Of a stretch of DNA of 32,000 nucleotides, positions 1-11,182 are shown in pieces. Source of the stretch: Mycoplasmoides genitalium G37 (GTDB lineage: Bacteria; Bacillota_I; Bacilli_A; Mycoplasmatales; Mycoplasmoidaceae); assembly GCF_000027325.1 (NCBI RefSeq), contig NC_000908.2, positions 330,001-362,000 of the forward strand, read 5' to 3'. The notes beneath the pieces are model-generated. The model did no database searches, was not told the origin of the DNA, and saw only the letters and a program-made list of their open reading frames with translations. The translations under genes were made by a program, and so were the position numbers. How positions within the stretch are numbered: the first letter of the stretch is position 1; every line of letters begins with the position of its first letter.

Positions 1-985
1 CAGTAGCAACAATACACATCTCAGGGTACTTAATAATAGGTGTACCTACAGCTGCTCCTAATGAACCGAAGTTAGTAACTGAAATAGTACCTTTATTCAA
101 ATCAGTCAACTTAATCTTTTTTGTTCTAGCTTTGTTAGCTAAATCAACAATTGCTTGGGCAATTTCAACCACAGATTTGGTTTGGGCTTGCTTAATGTTA
201 GGGACAATTAAACCTTCTTCAGTATCAACAGCAATTCCTACATTAATGTCATCATTTAAAACAATTTCGTTTTGATCAGGATCATAACTAGCGTTAAAAA
301 CAGGGAACTTCTTAAGCGCATTAACAATTGCTTTAACAAAGAAAGCAAAGTAAGAAATTTTCATGGAATACTTACTTAAAGCATAACCATTAACACTTTC
401 ACGATATTGTTTTAACTTGGTTGCATTAACATAAAAAGTTAATACAGTGGTTGGGATAATTGCGTGCGACTTTGTCATTGCTTCTGCAATCGCTTTACGC
501 ATTGTTGAGATAGCAATGGTTTTCTGTTCAGTTTTACTTTCTGGTTTTTGGGTTGTTTCTACAGTAATGTTAGTACTACTTGCAACTTTAGTGTCTTTAA
601 CAGCTGGAGTTGCATGAGGTTTTACTCCAAAGATAGGAAAGAGGTTATCAGAAACCTTAATTTCCCCTACTACTGAAGCCCCCGCTTCTTTTACCTTAGC
701 TACTTCTTCAGTTGGTTGAGGTTTTGGTTCAACAAGTGGTGTACTAGTCTTTTCACCAATAACTGCCATCACCTGACCAATGCTAACAACATCACCAACT
801 TTAACATTAATAGCACTAATTGTACCTGCAAAAGGAGAAGGTAGTTCAGTTGTAACTTTATCAGTTTCAACAACAAATAAAGCTTCATCTATCTTGATCT
901 GATCACCAACTTGTTTTAAGATTTCAGTTACTTTTCCTTCATGTAAACCCTCACCAACATCAGTGAATTTAAACTCATTTGCCAT
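1..985 (-). CDS. pdhC: Pyruvate dehydrogenase E2 (dihydrolipoamide acetyltransferase), N-terminal part; the 3' end lies beyond the window start
   Basis: ATG at 985-983. The N-terminus MANEFKFTDVGEGLHEGKVTEILKQVGDQIKIDEALFVVETDKVTTELPSPFAGTISAINVKVGDVV is a lipoyl domain with the ETDK motif. It lies downstream of pdhA and pdhB on the same strand. Confidence 0.9.
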   Translation of the reverse strand, partial: MANEFKFTDVGEGLHEGKVTEILKQVGDQIKIDEALFVVETDKVTTELPSPFAGTISAINVKVGDVVSIGQVMAVIGEKTSTPLVEPKPQPTEEVAKVKEAGASVVGEIKVSDNLFPIFGVKPHATPAVKDTKVASSTNITVETTQKPESKTEQKTIAISTMRKAIAEAMTKSHAIIPTTVLTFYVNATKLKQYRESVNGYALSKYSMKISYFAFFVKAIVNALKKFPVFNASYDPDQNEIVLNDDINVGIAVDTEEGLIVPNIKQAQTKSVVEIAQAIVDLANKARTKKIKLTDLNKGTISVTNFGSLGAAVGTPIIKYPEMCIVAT

Positions 986-1041
986 ATCGTATTGATAGTA
1001 CTTAAAGTTTAAATTTAATAGTAGTGATCTATAACAAATAA

Positions 1042-1069
1042 AAAAAGCCAGTTTAGTTACTGGCTTTTT
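1042..1069 (-). terminator. Intrinsic terminator hairpin (symmetric, could act on both strands) between the micro-ORF and pdhC
   Basis: 11-bp perfect stem aaaaagccagt (1042-1052) / actggcttttt (1059-1069) with loop ttagtt. On the minus strand the stem is followed by a U-run (complement of the A-run at 1038-1046). Confidence 0.7.
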
Positions 1070-1092
1070 AGTTGTTAGACAAAAATTTTGTC

Positions 1093-1164
1093 TTACTTTT
1101 TACAGCAGCTGTTGCACTTAGCGCATTCGCACTTGCATTGGCAGCATTTCTTGTTGTCTTCCAT
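1093..1164 (-). CDS. Candidate 23-aa cysteine-rich micro-protein MEDNKKCCQCKCECAKCNSCCKK
   Basis: ATG 1164-1162, TAA 1095-1093, 8 Cys in 23 residues. It starts 70 nt after the pdhB stop and ends 23 nt before the hairpin terminator. It is locally GC-rich in an AT-rich spacer. Too short for the ORF track. Confidence 0.4.
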   Translation of the reverse strand: MEDNKKCCQCKCECAKCNSCCKK

Positions 1165-1234
1165 CACTTTAATTTATGAAATGAGGTACCTAGCTCTAAA
1201 AAATAAAGCTAGGTAACTATATTTTAAAAAAGTG

Positions 1235-2215
1235 TTATTTTAAAAGTTGATTAACTGCATCAATAACCCGTGCATTAATTTCAAACTGGTATTTTTCACC
1301 TCTAGCTAAAGGCACAACAATATCAAACCCAGTTACCCGTTGTGGGGCTTTTTTGAGATAAGTGAATAGTTCTTCAGTTACTGAAGTGATAATCTCTGCA
1401 CTTGTAGTGAAACTTTTCACCGCTTCAGTCACTACAAGTAGTCTTCCTGTTTTCTTCACTGAGTTAAATACTGTTTGTTTATCTCAAGGGGAGATAGTAC
1501 GCAAGTCAATTAACTCAATTCCCTTATCTTTCAATTCCCCGCTGTAAACTAAGTTAATTAAATCAAACATTGTAGGACCATAGCTAACTATTGTAAGTTC
1601 ACTACCTTCACTAATCAAGTTGGCTTCACCAATAGGGACAGTGTAATAATCACTAGGAATCTCCTGACGAAAAGCACGATAAAGCTTCTTTGGTTCAAAA
1701 AAGATAACAGGATCAGGTGATTCAATAGCAGCTAGAAAAAGTCCTTTGGTATCATAAGGATTTGATGGCATCACTGTTTTAAGCCCAGCAATCTGTGCAT
1801 AAATTGCTTCCAATGTTTCACTGTGGTGTTCCAATGCTTTAATCCCCCCACCCATTGGCATCCTCACTACTAGTGGAGCGGTATATACACCACGAGAACG
1901 GTTTCTAATCCTAGCAGCATGGACAAAGATTTGAAACATAGCTGGGAATGAAAAGCCTGAAAACTGGATCTCTACAATAGGTTTAAGACCACCTATAGCA
2001 GCCCCAACCCCAATACCAGCCATAGAGTTTTCTGCTATAGGACAATCCCATACCCTTTCACTCCCATACTTTTGTTGTAAGCCTTTAGTTGCACGGAACA
2101 CACCCCCTTCAAAACCAGCGTCCTGGCCATAGAGTACAACGTTTTGATCTCTTTCCAGTGCAAGATCCATTGCGTTGTTTAACGCTTCAATGTTATTTAC
2201 TTGGATTTTTGACAT
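1235..2215 (-). CDS. pdhB: Pyruvate dehydrogenase E1 beta subunit, 326 aa
   Basis: Track ORFs 1235..1459 and 1484..2215 are in the same frame and joined across TGA. The stop at 1235-1237 is a real TAA. The sequence MSKIQVNNIEALNNAMDLALERD...VWDCPIAENSMAGIGVGAAIGGLKPIVEIQF is typical of E1-beta. Confidence 0.95.
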
Positions 2216-2232
2216 AGTTATCTTTTTTTAAA

Positions 2233-3309
2233 TTAGTCTTTAAAGTATTTTTTTGCAATCTGTTTCTGTTCAACTAGTTCAGGGGTTAATTCTTGATAGT
2301 TGTAATCAAACACCTCATCTACTGATACAGGAGTATCTAGTACCATCTTTTCATAAGCAGCTTGGATTTCCTGTTCAATTTTGCTGAACATCTCTTCTTC
2401 TTGAGCTTGGTTAAGAATTGATCTATCAAACAAGAAGTTTCGCAACCGCTTCACTGGATCACTCTTCATTCCCTCCTCCTCTTCTTGTTTGGTTCTGTAG
2501 ATAGAAGGGTCATCTGAAGTGGTGTGAGGACCTTGCCGGTAGCTGAAGAACTCAATTAAGACTGGTCCATTACCACCTCTAGCGTAATTAGCAGCATCTT
2601 GCATCGCTTCATAACTAGCAATTAGATCATTACCATCAACCCTTACCCTTGGGATCCCACATGCTATTGCTTTAACGCTTAGATCACTAACAGCAGATTC
2701 AAGTTTAGTTCTTGTTGAGATAGCAAACTGATTGTTGTTAATACAAAAAACAGTGTTTCACTTGTGGATGCTTGCAATGTTCATCGCTTCATAAAATTCC
2801 CCTTCAGCTGTACCTCCATCACCAATCATAGTAACAGCAACATTAGGTTGCTTTTTATAGTGCAACATGTAACCTAATCCAGCAGCATGGGAATACTGAG
2901 CACCAATGGTGATGTTAATAGGTAAAGTTTTGTATTTAGCATCTATCTGACTACCTTTTTCATTACCATTTCAGTAGAGTAAAAGTTGTTCTGGTTTTAC
3001 CCCACGATACAACATTAAAGCCCCACTACGAAACGTAGGACAAACCCAATCATTTTCATTTAAACCTAATCCCATTCCAACCTGTAAAGCTTCCTCTCCC
3101 AAATTAGGAGCGAAGTTTAACATCTTACCAGCACGCTGTCAAACTAACATCTTTTTGTCCATCATTCTACTCAAGTTCATTAAGTAATAAGCGTGTTTTA
3201 ACTGTTCATCAGTTAGGGTAATTTTGTGGTTAGGATCAATTAATTTACCCTCATTATCATAAACCTGATAAAGGGTAGTTGGAACTTTATTTTTAATCAA
3301 GATTGCCAT
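2233..3309 (-). CDS. pdhA: Pyruvate dehydrogenase E1 alpha subunit, 358 aa
   Basis: ATG at 3309-3307, real TAA at 2233-2235, frame kept across several TGA. Contains the TPP-binding region GDGGTAEGEFYEAMN. The C-terminal part matches track ORF 2233..2604. Confidence 0.93.
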
Positions 3310-3336
3310 ATATTTCTATGCTAATTTAAAACTAAG

Positions 3337-4773
3337 CTATTTTTTAGGAATGTAATAGCTAAAACCAAGTGCTTGTAAAACAGTTGCTAACACAAAGTTA
3401 AACGGTTTGTTGTAATGTGGAAGAAAATAAACATCCACTAAACCCAGTTCAGTTAGTAACATCTGCTTTTGGATTGCAAGTGCAATATAGAAAATAATCT
3501 CACTGTGATTGGTATTCCAAGAAAGGAGTTGTGCTCCTAAAATTCTTAGGGTTTTCTTGTCATATACAAGTTTAAAACGCACCTTGTCATAACTGCCCAT
3601 AAACTCAGGACGATCATTGTCATCAACAACTGATATGCCAACATCAAAACCTAACTTCTTAGCACGCTGTTCAGTTAATCCACATGCTGCTAAATTTAAA
3701 CCAAAGATATGGAGTGCATTGGTGCCAACGATAGATTGGAGTTTAACTTGGTTACTACCAATGATATGCATCGCAGCTACTAATCCACTCTTTACTGCAT
3801 TGGTAGCAAGATCGATGTTTTCATACTGTTCACTAGCAGCATTGTAAATAGCAGCACAACCCCCAATGACATAAACATCCTTATGATTTAGTGCTTGGAG
3901 AAATTCATTAACTTTAATTGAACCGTTGTGAATAAACTCAAAGTTTTGATCTTTAGGAACAAACTTAGTGCTAGGTCTAAACCCAATTGATTGGATCACA
4001 AGGTCTGCATTTACTATTCCCTTATCAGTTTCAACTCCTTTGACAACGTTGTTTGTACTATCAACAACAAAGCCCTTAACACTGCAACCCATCATTAGTT
4101 TTAACCCATCTTTTTGCATCACTTTTTCAAGTTCATCAGTAAACTCATGATCAAAGTTATTACCAGCAGGCTTATCAAGTAAGTCAATTACTGTTACTTG
4201 CTTTTTGCATAACCAAGCTGCTTCAGCAAGTTCCAAGCCAATGTAACCAGAACCAACAATAGCAACTGATTTAATGGTTTTATCTTTACGAAAACTATCG
4301 ATTAAGGTAAGTGCATGTTGGTATAACTTACAGCTAATTAAGTTCTTAACATTACCACAATATTTGTCAGTGTAGTTAAACTCCAAAGGCTTGTGTGTCA
4401 CCTTGTTTTCAACATTCATACATATAGGTCATGCTCCTGAAGCGATTACTAGTTGATCAAACTGATCAGTGAACTCTTTATTTGATGTTAAATCTCTAAC
4501 TGTTACCTGTTTTTTGATTAGATCAATGTTAGTAACATCATGACTCATAAAGATGTTAGCGCCCATCTGTTTCAACTCCTCAGGGTTGGAATAGAAAAGA
4601 TCATCAGTGTTTTTAACAACACCACTAACAGCAAGTGCAATTCCACACCCCAGAAACGAGATGTTTGTGTTTCTATCATAAGCGTTAACCTTAAAGTCCT
4701 TACTTTTTGAAAGTAAAGTTCTAATAAAACTAGTACCAGCGTGATTTATTCCAATCACAATCACTTTTTTCAT
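3337..4773 (-). CDS. nox: NADH oxidase (FAD-dependent pyridine nucleotide-disulfide oxidoreductase), 478 aa
   Basis: Track ORFs 3337..4419 and 4429..4773 are in the same frame and joined at TGA. N-terminal FAD fold VIVIGINHAGTS, redox-cysteine context SFLGCGIAL, second dinucleotide fold VAIVGSGYIGLELAEA. The stop is TAG. Confidence 0.93.
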
Positions 4774-4855
4774 ATATCTTAGCTGCAGTAATTTTTTAAG
4801 CTATTTAAGGATAATTTGTGCAGTAGTGATTCGATCTTTTAAAATTAAGCTTTTG

Positions 4856-5398
4856 CTAGTAATGTAATAAAATCTTGCTAACCACATTTGGTTGTAACTT
4901 AGCTTTACCATTGAGTTTTTTCAGCTCAATTAAAAAGCAATATCCCACAGTTTCACCATTTAACTGTTTAAGTAATTGGTCAATAGCAGCAACTGTTCCA
5001 GCAGTGGCAAGTACATCATCAACAATAACACACCTTTTAGCATTATTAGCTTGGATTAATGAAGTGGTTGACATCTCCAATACAGCATGTTTTCTGTACT
5101 CCAAATCATAGCTAGCACTAATTAATTGCCCTGGGAGTTTATTGGCTTTTCTAACCAATACTAACGGGAGTTGGGTTTTAGAAGCTAATGCTCCCCCAAA
5201 GATAAAACCCCTCGCTTCAGGACATACTATCGCTTCTGCATTAATAGCTTTAATAAACTGTGCCATTTGGGTTAGCACAAAATTAAATAGTTGGGGATTG
5301 GAAAATACTGGGGTAATGTCATAAAACAATGTACCTTGGTTGGGAAAATTTTCAAAGCGCTTGATTGCTTGATCAAGCAACTTAAAGTTTTGATCCAT
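4856..5398 (-). CDS. apt: Adenine phosphoribosyltransferase, 180 aa
   Basis: PRPP-binding motif VIVDDVLATAGTV. I prefer the ATG at 5398 (MDQNFKLL...) over the upstream alternative start at 5434 because the upstream gene's true TAA stop is at 5412-5414. Confidence 0.88.
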   Translation of the reverse strand: MDQNFKLLDQAIKRFENFPNQGTLFYDITPVFSNPQLFNFVLTQMAQFIKAINAEAIVCPEARGFIFGGALASKTQLPLVLVRKANKLPGQLISASYDLEYRKHAVLEMSTTSLIQANNAKRCVIVDDVLATAGTVAAIDQLLKQLNGETVGYCFLIELKKLNGKAKLQPNVVSKILLHY

Positions 5399-5411
5399 AA
5401 ATATCTTTTTT

Positions 5412-8324
5412 TTAAAAACTGTTAATTCCTGCAATTAACTGCTCTTCAATCTGATCAATCTCTTTAAAAGGATGTTTTTTGTGTTTTAAGCTCAAACGGG
5501 AATGAACATAGTTGAAAGGACTGAGTCAACCATTGATTAAACCAAAGCAAAACATTGGTAAAAAAGCAGTTGCAACATCAAATAAACCAACAATAGCAAT
5601 TAGATAAAAGATCACAAGGTTAAAGTTGCCATCAATCCCACCAAAGTTAAAACCACTGTAGATAATAAAAATGAAAACTAAGCTAGAACTTTCAATCAGA
5701 TCTATCTTCCACTGCGAGTTGAAGTTATCGTTAAATAAGTTTTTGATAAATACCTTGTCCTTTAAGCTCCTTTTAAACCAGTAAAAGTAAGTCCAAGTTG
5801 TTGTTTGTGATACCTTAGCTGCAAAAAAGAGCCAAAACAGATAAACAAAGGTAATTAACTGGATTGTTGATTGGTCTATACTAAACAGATAGTTAGTTAG
5901 ATACATCACTGCAAACAAACCACTACATAACAAGATAAAGCTAACCAAATAACTTAAACAATAAGCAACACCATATCTAATCAAACAATAAGCTAAGTAC
6001 AGTAAACTAACTATTCCTATCCCAGCAATAATCCCGTTACTTGATTCAACATCTGCTGCTAAAAATTCTCCTAACAGGTTAGGTTGAACAAGATATAAAA
6101 CTAGCATTACAACTCCTATAGCTAACAAGATTAGCCATACAAACAAAAACTTCCAGTTGTTTTTCAAAAAGAAATCATGTTGGTTTTTGGTTATAAAAAA
6201 GTCTGTGTTCAAGTCACTAGTTGAACTTAAAAGTGAATAGTTACTAGAAGTTTTAGTTAGTGCTTTTGCATCCTTCTGATAGAGAAAAAGCTTTCAGTTT
6301 GCACCTGATTCTGAACTGACAAACAGTGAGATTAAAACGATGCTGATTCCATAACTAAAAAAGTAAGAAGTAATGGCTGATATTGCCATCAAATTAGCTA
6401 GTTGTTGGACCTGATAATTAGAAAGATAGATAACAACTAAAGCACTAATTAACCAGGTAATGTGAAACTCAAGATTAGCAAAAAAGCTTCTTTTTAAACA
6501 CAGTTTTCACGATTCGATAATAGAAGCATTATTTCTAATATTTCTTAAGAATAACTCTCCTAAATTCAAGAGATTAATTAGGTTGATGGCAATAACAAAG
6601 AAGATGCCCACAAAAGAAAAGACATCAACAACTCCACCAACTGCACTAAAGATAACCAGTGATGACACCACACTTAACCCTAAAGCTAATGCTTTGTATA
6701 ACCCTAAGAGCTTGTATCGTAGTGTTAATAGAACAGCAGCAATAAGAACGATGATACCAAACGCAATAAAACTAGAAGCAAAATTAGAAACATCTGTGAT
6801 GGTATTTGCAAGTGGAGCGTTAACCAGACTTGTTTTTGCAGTTGCAATGGTAGCTGCTGTGGGAAATGGATTTGTTAAAAGCTCTTTAACAGTAGCTGCT
6901 GTTACAAAGTTTGGTGGGGTGTATGTACCATCACTACTCAAGAAATTACCAACTTGAAACTTAATATTACCACCATATTCTATCCGTTGGTTGTTAGTGT
7001 CTAAAAAGCTTTGTAGAGTAGGATTAATCTTAACAGGATCACCGGTTTTGCTAACCGGATCTTCAGTTCTAATTTCACTGATAATATAGTTATGGAATAA
7101 CCCTGAAAAACCACTGCTATCTGCACTCCTTAACTTTCTTGTATCAGCACTATTTGAAACTGTAATTACATCTGAACTATTGTTGTTATTGTTATTATTC
7201 TGGTTATTATTGTCATTACTGTTGCTAGCAACCGCTGAAAAGTGGTTAGGAGCAGCGTAGATATAATAAAGGTTTTTGAGAGTAATGTCACTTGCTTTTT
7301 TAATAGGAGATGCCCCATTAGCATCAGTGTTTAAAAACAGATTATCACCACTAGCAAAGCTACCCTTTGCATGTAAAAATTCCCAGAGACTCTTCTCTCT
7401 TTCATTAAAGGTGAGATAATCACTACTACCCTCAACTACATTAAAGATATTACGGACATAGTTTAATGCGCCTTGTTTATCTTTTCACAATACTAAAGTT
7501 TTATTACCACTACTTGAAGTTCCATTCGCATTTTGCTTAAAAAATTTACCATTGCCCTCAACACTAGCTTGCCCATTACCAGTATTATAATCAGAACTTG
7601 ATAAGTTTTTAGAGTTGATAAAATCAAGAAAATCGGTGTGTAAACTTTCTTTGGTAACTACATTTTTATTTAACTTGTATTCAAAGGTTAAAGCACTGTT
7701 TACAGAAGTGTTTTGGGGAACAACTGCCCTAATGGAAGCATTAATAAAATTATTATCCAGTGAATCAAATAAAACCACTCCATCAGTTGTTTCAAGTGAA
7801 AGTTGGTAGTTGTGTTCAACTGAACTAATTGCATTTCTTCTAACCTGAGCATCAACTTGTCTTTTTCTTTGGCGGGTTTTGGCTTGCTCACGGTTTTGTT
7901 CAAAGGTGAGAGTAACAGAAGGTAATCCCCCATTAACCAATCAGGACTTGTCAATGTTGTCAAGTTCACTAGCAGTTTTATCATTAGTGTTTTTAGTAAT
8001 GTTTACAGAAGAAAAGCCCTGAATGAATAAACTGTTAGCATAACTTTTTTCAACACCATCTAAAAAGCTATCAATGTTAGTGATGTTTTCAATCCCGTTG
8101 GTTGGTTTTGTTTGCTGAGGATCTAATGAGGTATTGTTAGTTGACTTATGGTTTAAAAAGTAAACAGTTGTAGTGGTAGAACCGTTGAAAACAGCACCTA
8201 ACCTGCTGTCATTTAACAGTTTGTAACTCCCAAAAATAACACCAAACAAACCCAGACAAACAAGTCCAAGAATAGTTCCTATTTTTAGGATTCAGTCCAA
8301 AGAAAAGCGCTTTTTGAACCTCAC
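5412..8324 (-). CDS. Large polytopic membrane protein, 970 aa; tentatively a SecDF-like protein-export membrane protein (MG277 by recollection)
   Basis: Track ORFs 5526..6212, 6507..6941, 7485..7940 and 7941..8249 share one frame and are separated only by TGA. I checked 6213-6300 and 5412-5528 codon by codon. The 5526 stop is TGA, so the frame runs on to TAA at 5412-5414. GTG start at 8324 (RFKKRFSLDWILKIGTILGLVCLGLFGVIFG, a signal or TM segment). It has a large hydrophilic loop and a C-terminal multi-TM block. The SecDF call is from memory of database annotation, not from alignment. Confidence 0.75.
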
Positions 8325-8366
8325 TAACTATTTTTAATAACTTAAATTTTATATAAATATTAAGTA

Positions 8367-10529
8367 ATGGCAACCATTCAGGAAATCGAGTGTGATTTTT
8401 TAGCTAAAATAGCACAAAAATTTACTAATGCAGAGATTGAATTAATTAACAAAGCATTCTATCACGCTAAAACTTGGCATGAAAACCAGAAACGGCTTAG
8501 CGGTGAACCTTTTTTTATCCATCCTTTAAGAACGGCATTATCACTAGTTGAATGGAACATGGATCCTATCACTATTTGTGCTGGTTTGTTACATGACATC
8601 ATTGAAGATACAGACCAAACCGAAGCTAATATAGCAATGATTTTTAGCAAAGAAATTGCTGAGCTTGTCACTAAGGTTACAAAGATTACCAATGAATCTA
8701 AAAAGCAACGTCATCTCAAAAATAAAAAGGAGAATCTTAACTTAAAAAGCTTTGTTAACATTGCAATCAATTCTCAACAAGAGATAAATGTAATGGTACT
8801 AAAACTAGCAGATCGACTTGATAACATCGCTTCCATTGAGTTTCTCCCCATTGAAAAGCAAAAGGTAATTGCAAAAGAAACTTTAGAACTTTATGCAAAG
8901 ATTGCTGGGAGGATTGGGATGTATCCTGTTAAAACAAAATTAGCAGATCTTTCATTTAAGGTGTTGGATTTAAAAAACTATGATAACACCCTGTCAAAGA
9001 TTAACAAGCAAAAGGTCTTTTATGACAATGAGTGGGATAACTTCAAACAACAATTAAAAAAAATCTTAGCGCAAAATCAGATAGAATACCAACTTGAAAG
9101 TCGGATTAAAGGCATTTACTCTACATATAAAAAACTAACTGTTCATGAACAGAACATCAGTAAGATCCATGATCTTTTTGCTATCCGCTTAATTACTAAA
9201 TCAGAACTTGATTGTTATCACATCCTTGGTTTAATTCACCTTAATTTTTTAATTGACAGTAAATACTTCAAAGACTATATTGCCTCACCTAAACAAAACC
9301 TTTACCAATCAATTCATACCACTGTTCGTTTAAAAGGGTTAAATGTTGAGATCCAAATTAGAACCCAACAGATGGACAATGTTAGTAAGTTTGGCTTAGC
9401 TAGTCACTGGATCTACAAAGAACAGAAAGAGGGATTGTTAGCACCTGCTTTGCAACTTAATTACCTAGTGACAAAACAAAAACACTCACATGATTTTCTA
9501 AAAAGGATTTTTGGGACTGATATTATCAAGATTAATGTTAGTGCTAGTCATGAACCTAATGTAATTAAGCAAATTAATGTTGATAGCAACAATAAACTCC
9601 TTGATATTGCTTTTGAAAACTATCCCAAGCAATTTGCTAAATTAACCAAAATTGAAATTGATGGGGTTGAGATCAATTCTTTTGATACTAGTGTTGAAAA
9701 TGAGATGCTGATTGAATTTTACTTTGGCAAGAATAACAATTTGAAATCAAAGTGAATTAGGTATATGAATAACCCTATATACCGTGAAAAGGTAAAAAAG
9801 AGCTTGGCTAAACTAGCTAAATCTGGTAGATACAGTGAGTTAGCTTTTTATGAAAAAGAACTGGGTGAAAAACAGTTAAAACTTGCTAGTGAAACTGAAA
9901 TCCAAAAACGCTTAAACACCCTAAGAATTAAAAAAATGAGTGATTACTTAGCGTTAATTGAGTGTACTAACTTTACTAATGATGAACATTTGTTGTTTCT
10001 AGCTAAAAACAACGACAAGTGAAATAAACTAACAAAACCACTTAAGTTTGCTTTTTCAAAAGTAGTTTTTCACAACTCTTACTTTGAACAAATTGAAGGT
10101 ATTTTTATCACCAAAATAGTGATTGAACCATGTTGTAGTAAGATCCCTGATATGCCTGAACAAGTAACTGGTATCTTAACTAAAAACATTTTAAGTGTTC
10201 ACCGTTATGGTTGTAAGAATTTACAAAATAAAAAGCAGTTAAAAATTATCCCGTTATATTGAAATATCCAGCAGTTAAAACTAAAACCACGTAAGTTTCG
10301 CAGTTACATTAACATTAACGGAGTGTGGAGTGAAAAAACCATTAATAAAATCTGTCAAACAATTATTAATGGTGATGGTTATATTGAAAAAATAATTCCC
10401 AAGATCAACAAACAAAAAGATGAATTTGATTTAAACATCACCCTTTTTGTTAATAACTACCAACAACTTCTCACCTTAATGGACCAAATTACCACTAAGA
10501 ATATCAGCTTTAGTTGAAAATACCTTTAG
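8367..10529 (+). CDS. relA: Bifunctional (p)ppGpp synthetase/hydrolase, RelA/SpoT (Rel) family, 720 aa
   Basis: Track ORFs 8367..9755, 9765..10022 and 10323..10517 are in the same frame and joined across TGA. Real TAG at 10527-10529. HD hydrolase motif LLHDIIEDT. Synthetase region GIYSTYKKL...DLFAIRLI...YQSIHTTV. Confidence 0.93.
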
Positions 10530-11182
10530 TTACCAAACACCGCATCATACACTTCTTCATCTCTTAAAAGTAAAACTAAGTGCTTTTTTAGTAGCCGTTG
10601 TGGATTGAAACGTGATACTCTCACTCCATAAACTTTCTTTGTAAATAAAATTAATAAAAAACCAGAAACAAAAAATGCCCCAATAATTGAGATTCCTGTA
10701 TAGAAAAGGATTTGGGAAACTTCAGTTAAATACCGCTTAAAATCATCATTTTGGTTTGGATTTGGGAACTTTTCTAGCATTTGATCAACAAAGCTAGTTA
10801 TGTTATTTAATGTGTGTTTAATTTGGGTAAAAGCAGCATTACTATCAAAGTTATTAATTTTTTTCAATGAACCTTCAAGTGCATTTAAAGAACTATCTAA
10901 TCCTGATGCAAATGAATTGTTTTGCGTTAATTTTCGCCCTTCGTTTAAAGATTTTTCAACTTCTGAAAGTGTTTTAACTAGGTTATTTTGGAAGATATTT
11001 TGGGAGATCTTTTTAATTTCAGTGTTATATTCACTAATCTTGTTATATCCCTCTTTATAGTAGTTGTTAATAGGTTCACGGTAAGTAAAAGCAAAATAAC
11101 CAGCAGTAGCAATTCCACCTAACAATAAAATCCCTACCAAAATAATAAGAAAAACTGCAAGTTTTTTTAATAGTCTAATCAT
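10526..11182 (-). CDS. Membrane protein with an N-terminal TM, a long helical/coiled-coil middle and a C-terminal TM, 218 aa (MG279 by recollection)
   Basis: Track ORF with ATG start and TAA stop. TM1 [27 protein letters not shown]2 [23 protein letters not shown], tail [12 protein letters not shown]. Paralogous architecture to the next gene. Confidence 0.85.

Noticed and set aside
4783-4827. Direct repeat tgcagta (4783-4789 and 4821-4827) in the apt-nox spacer as a regulatory element
   Set aside because: A 7-nt repeat in AT-rich DNA is within chance expectation, and there is no supporting structure or symmetry.
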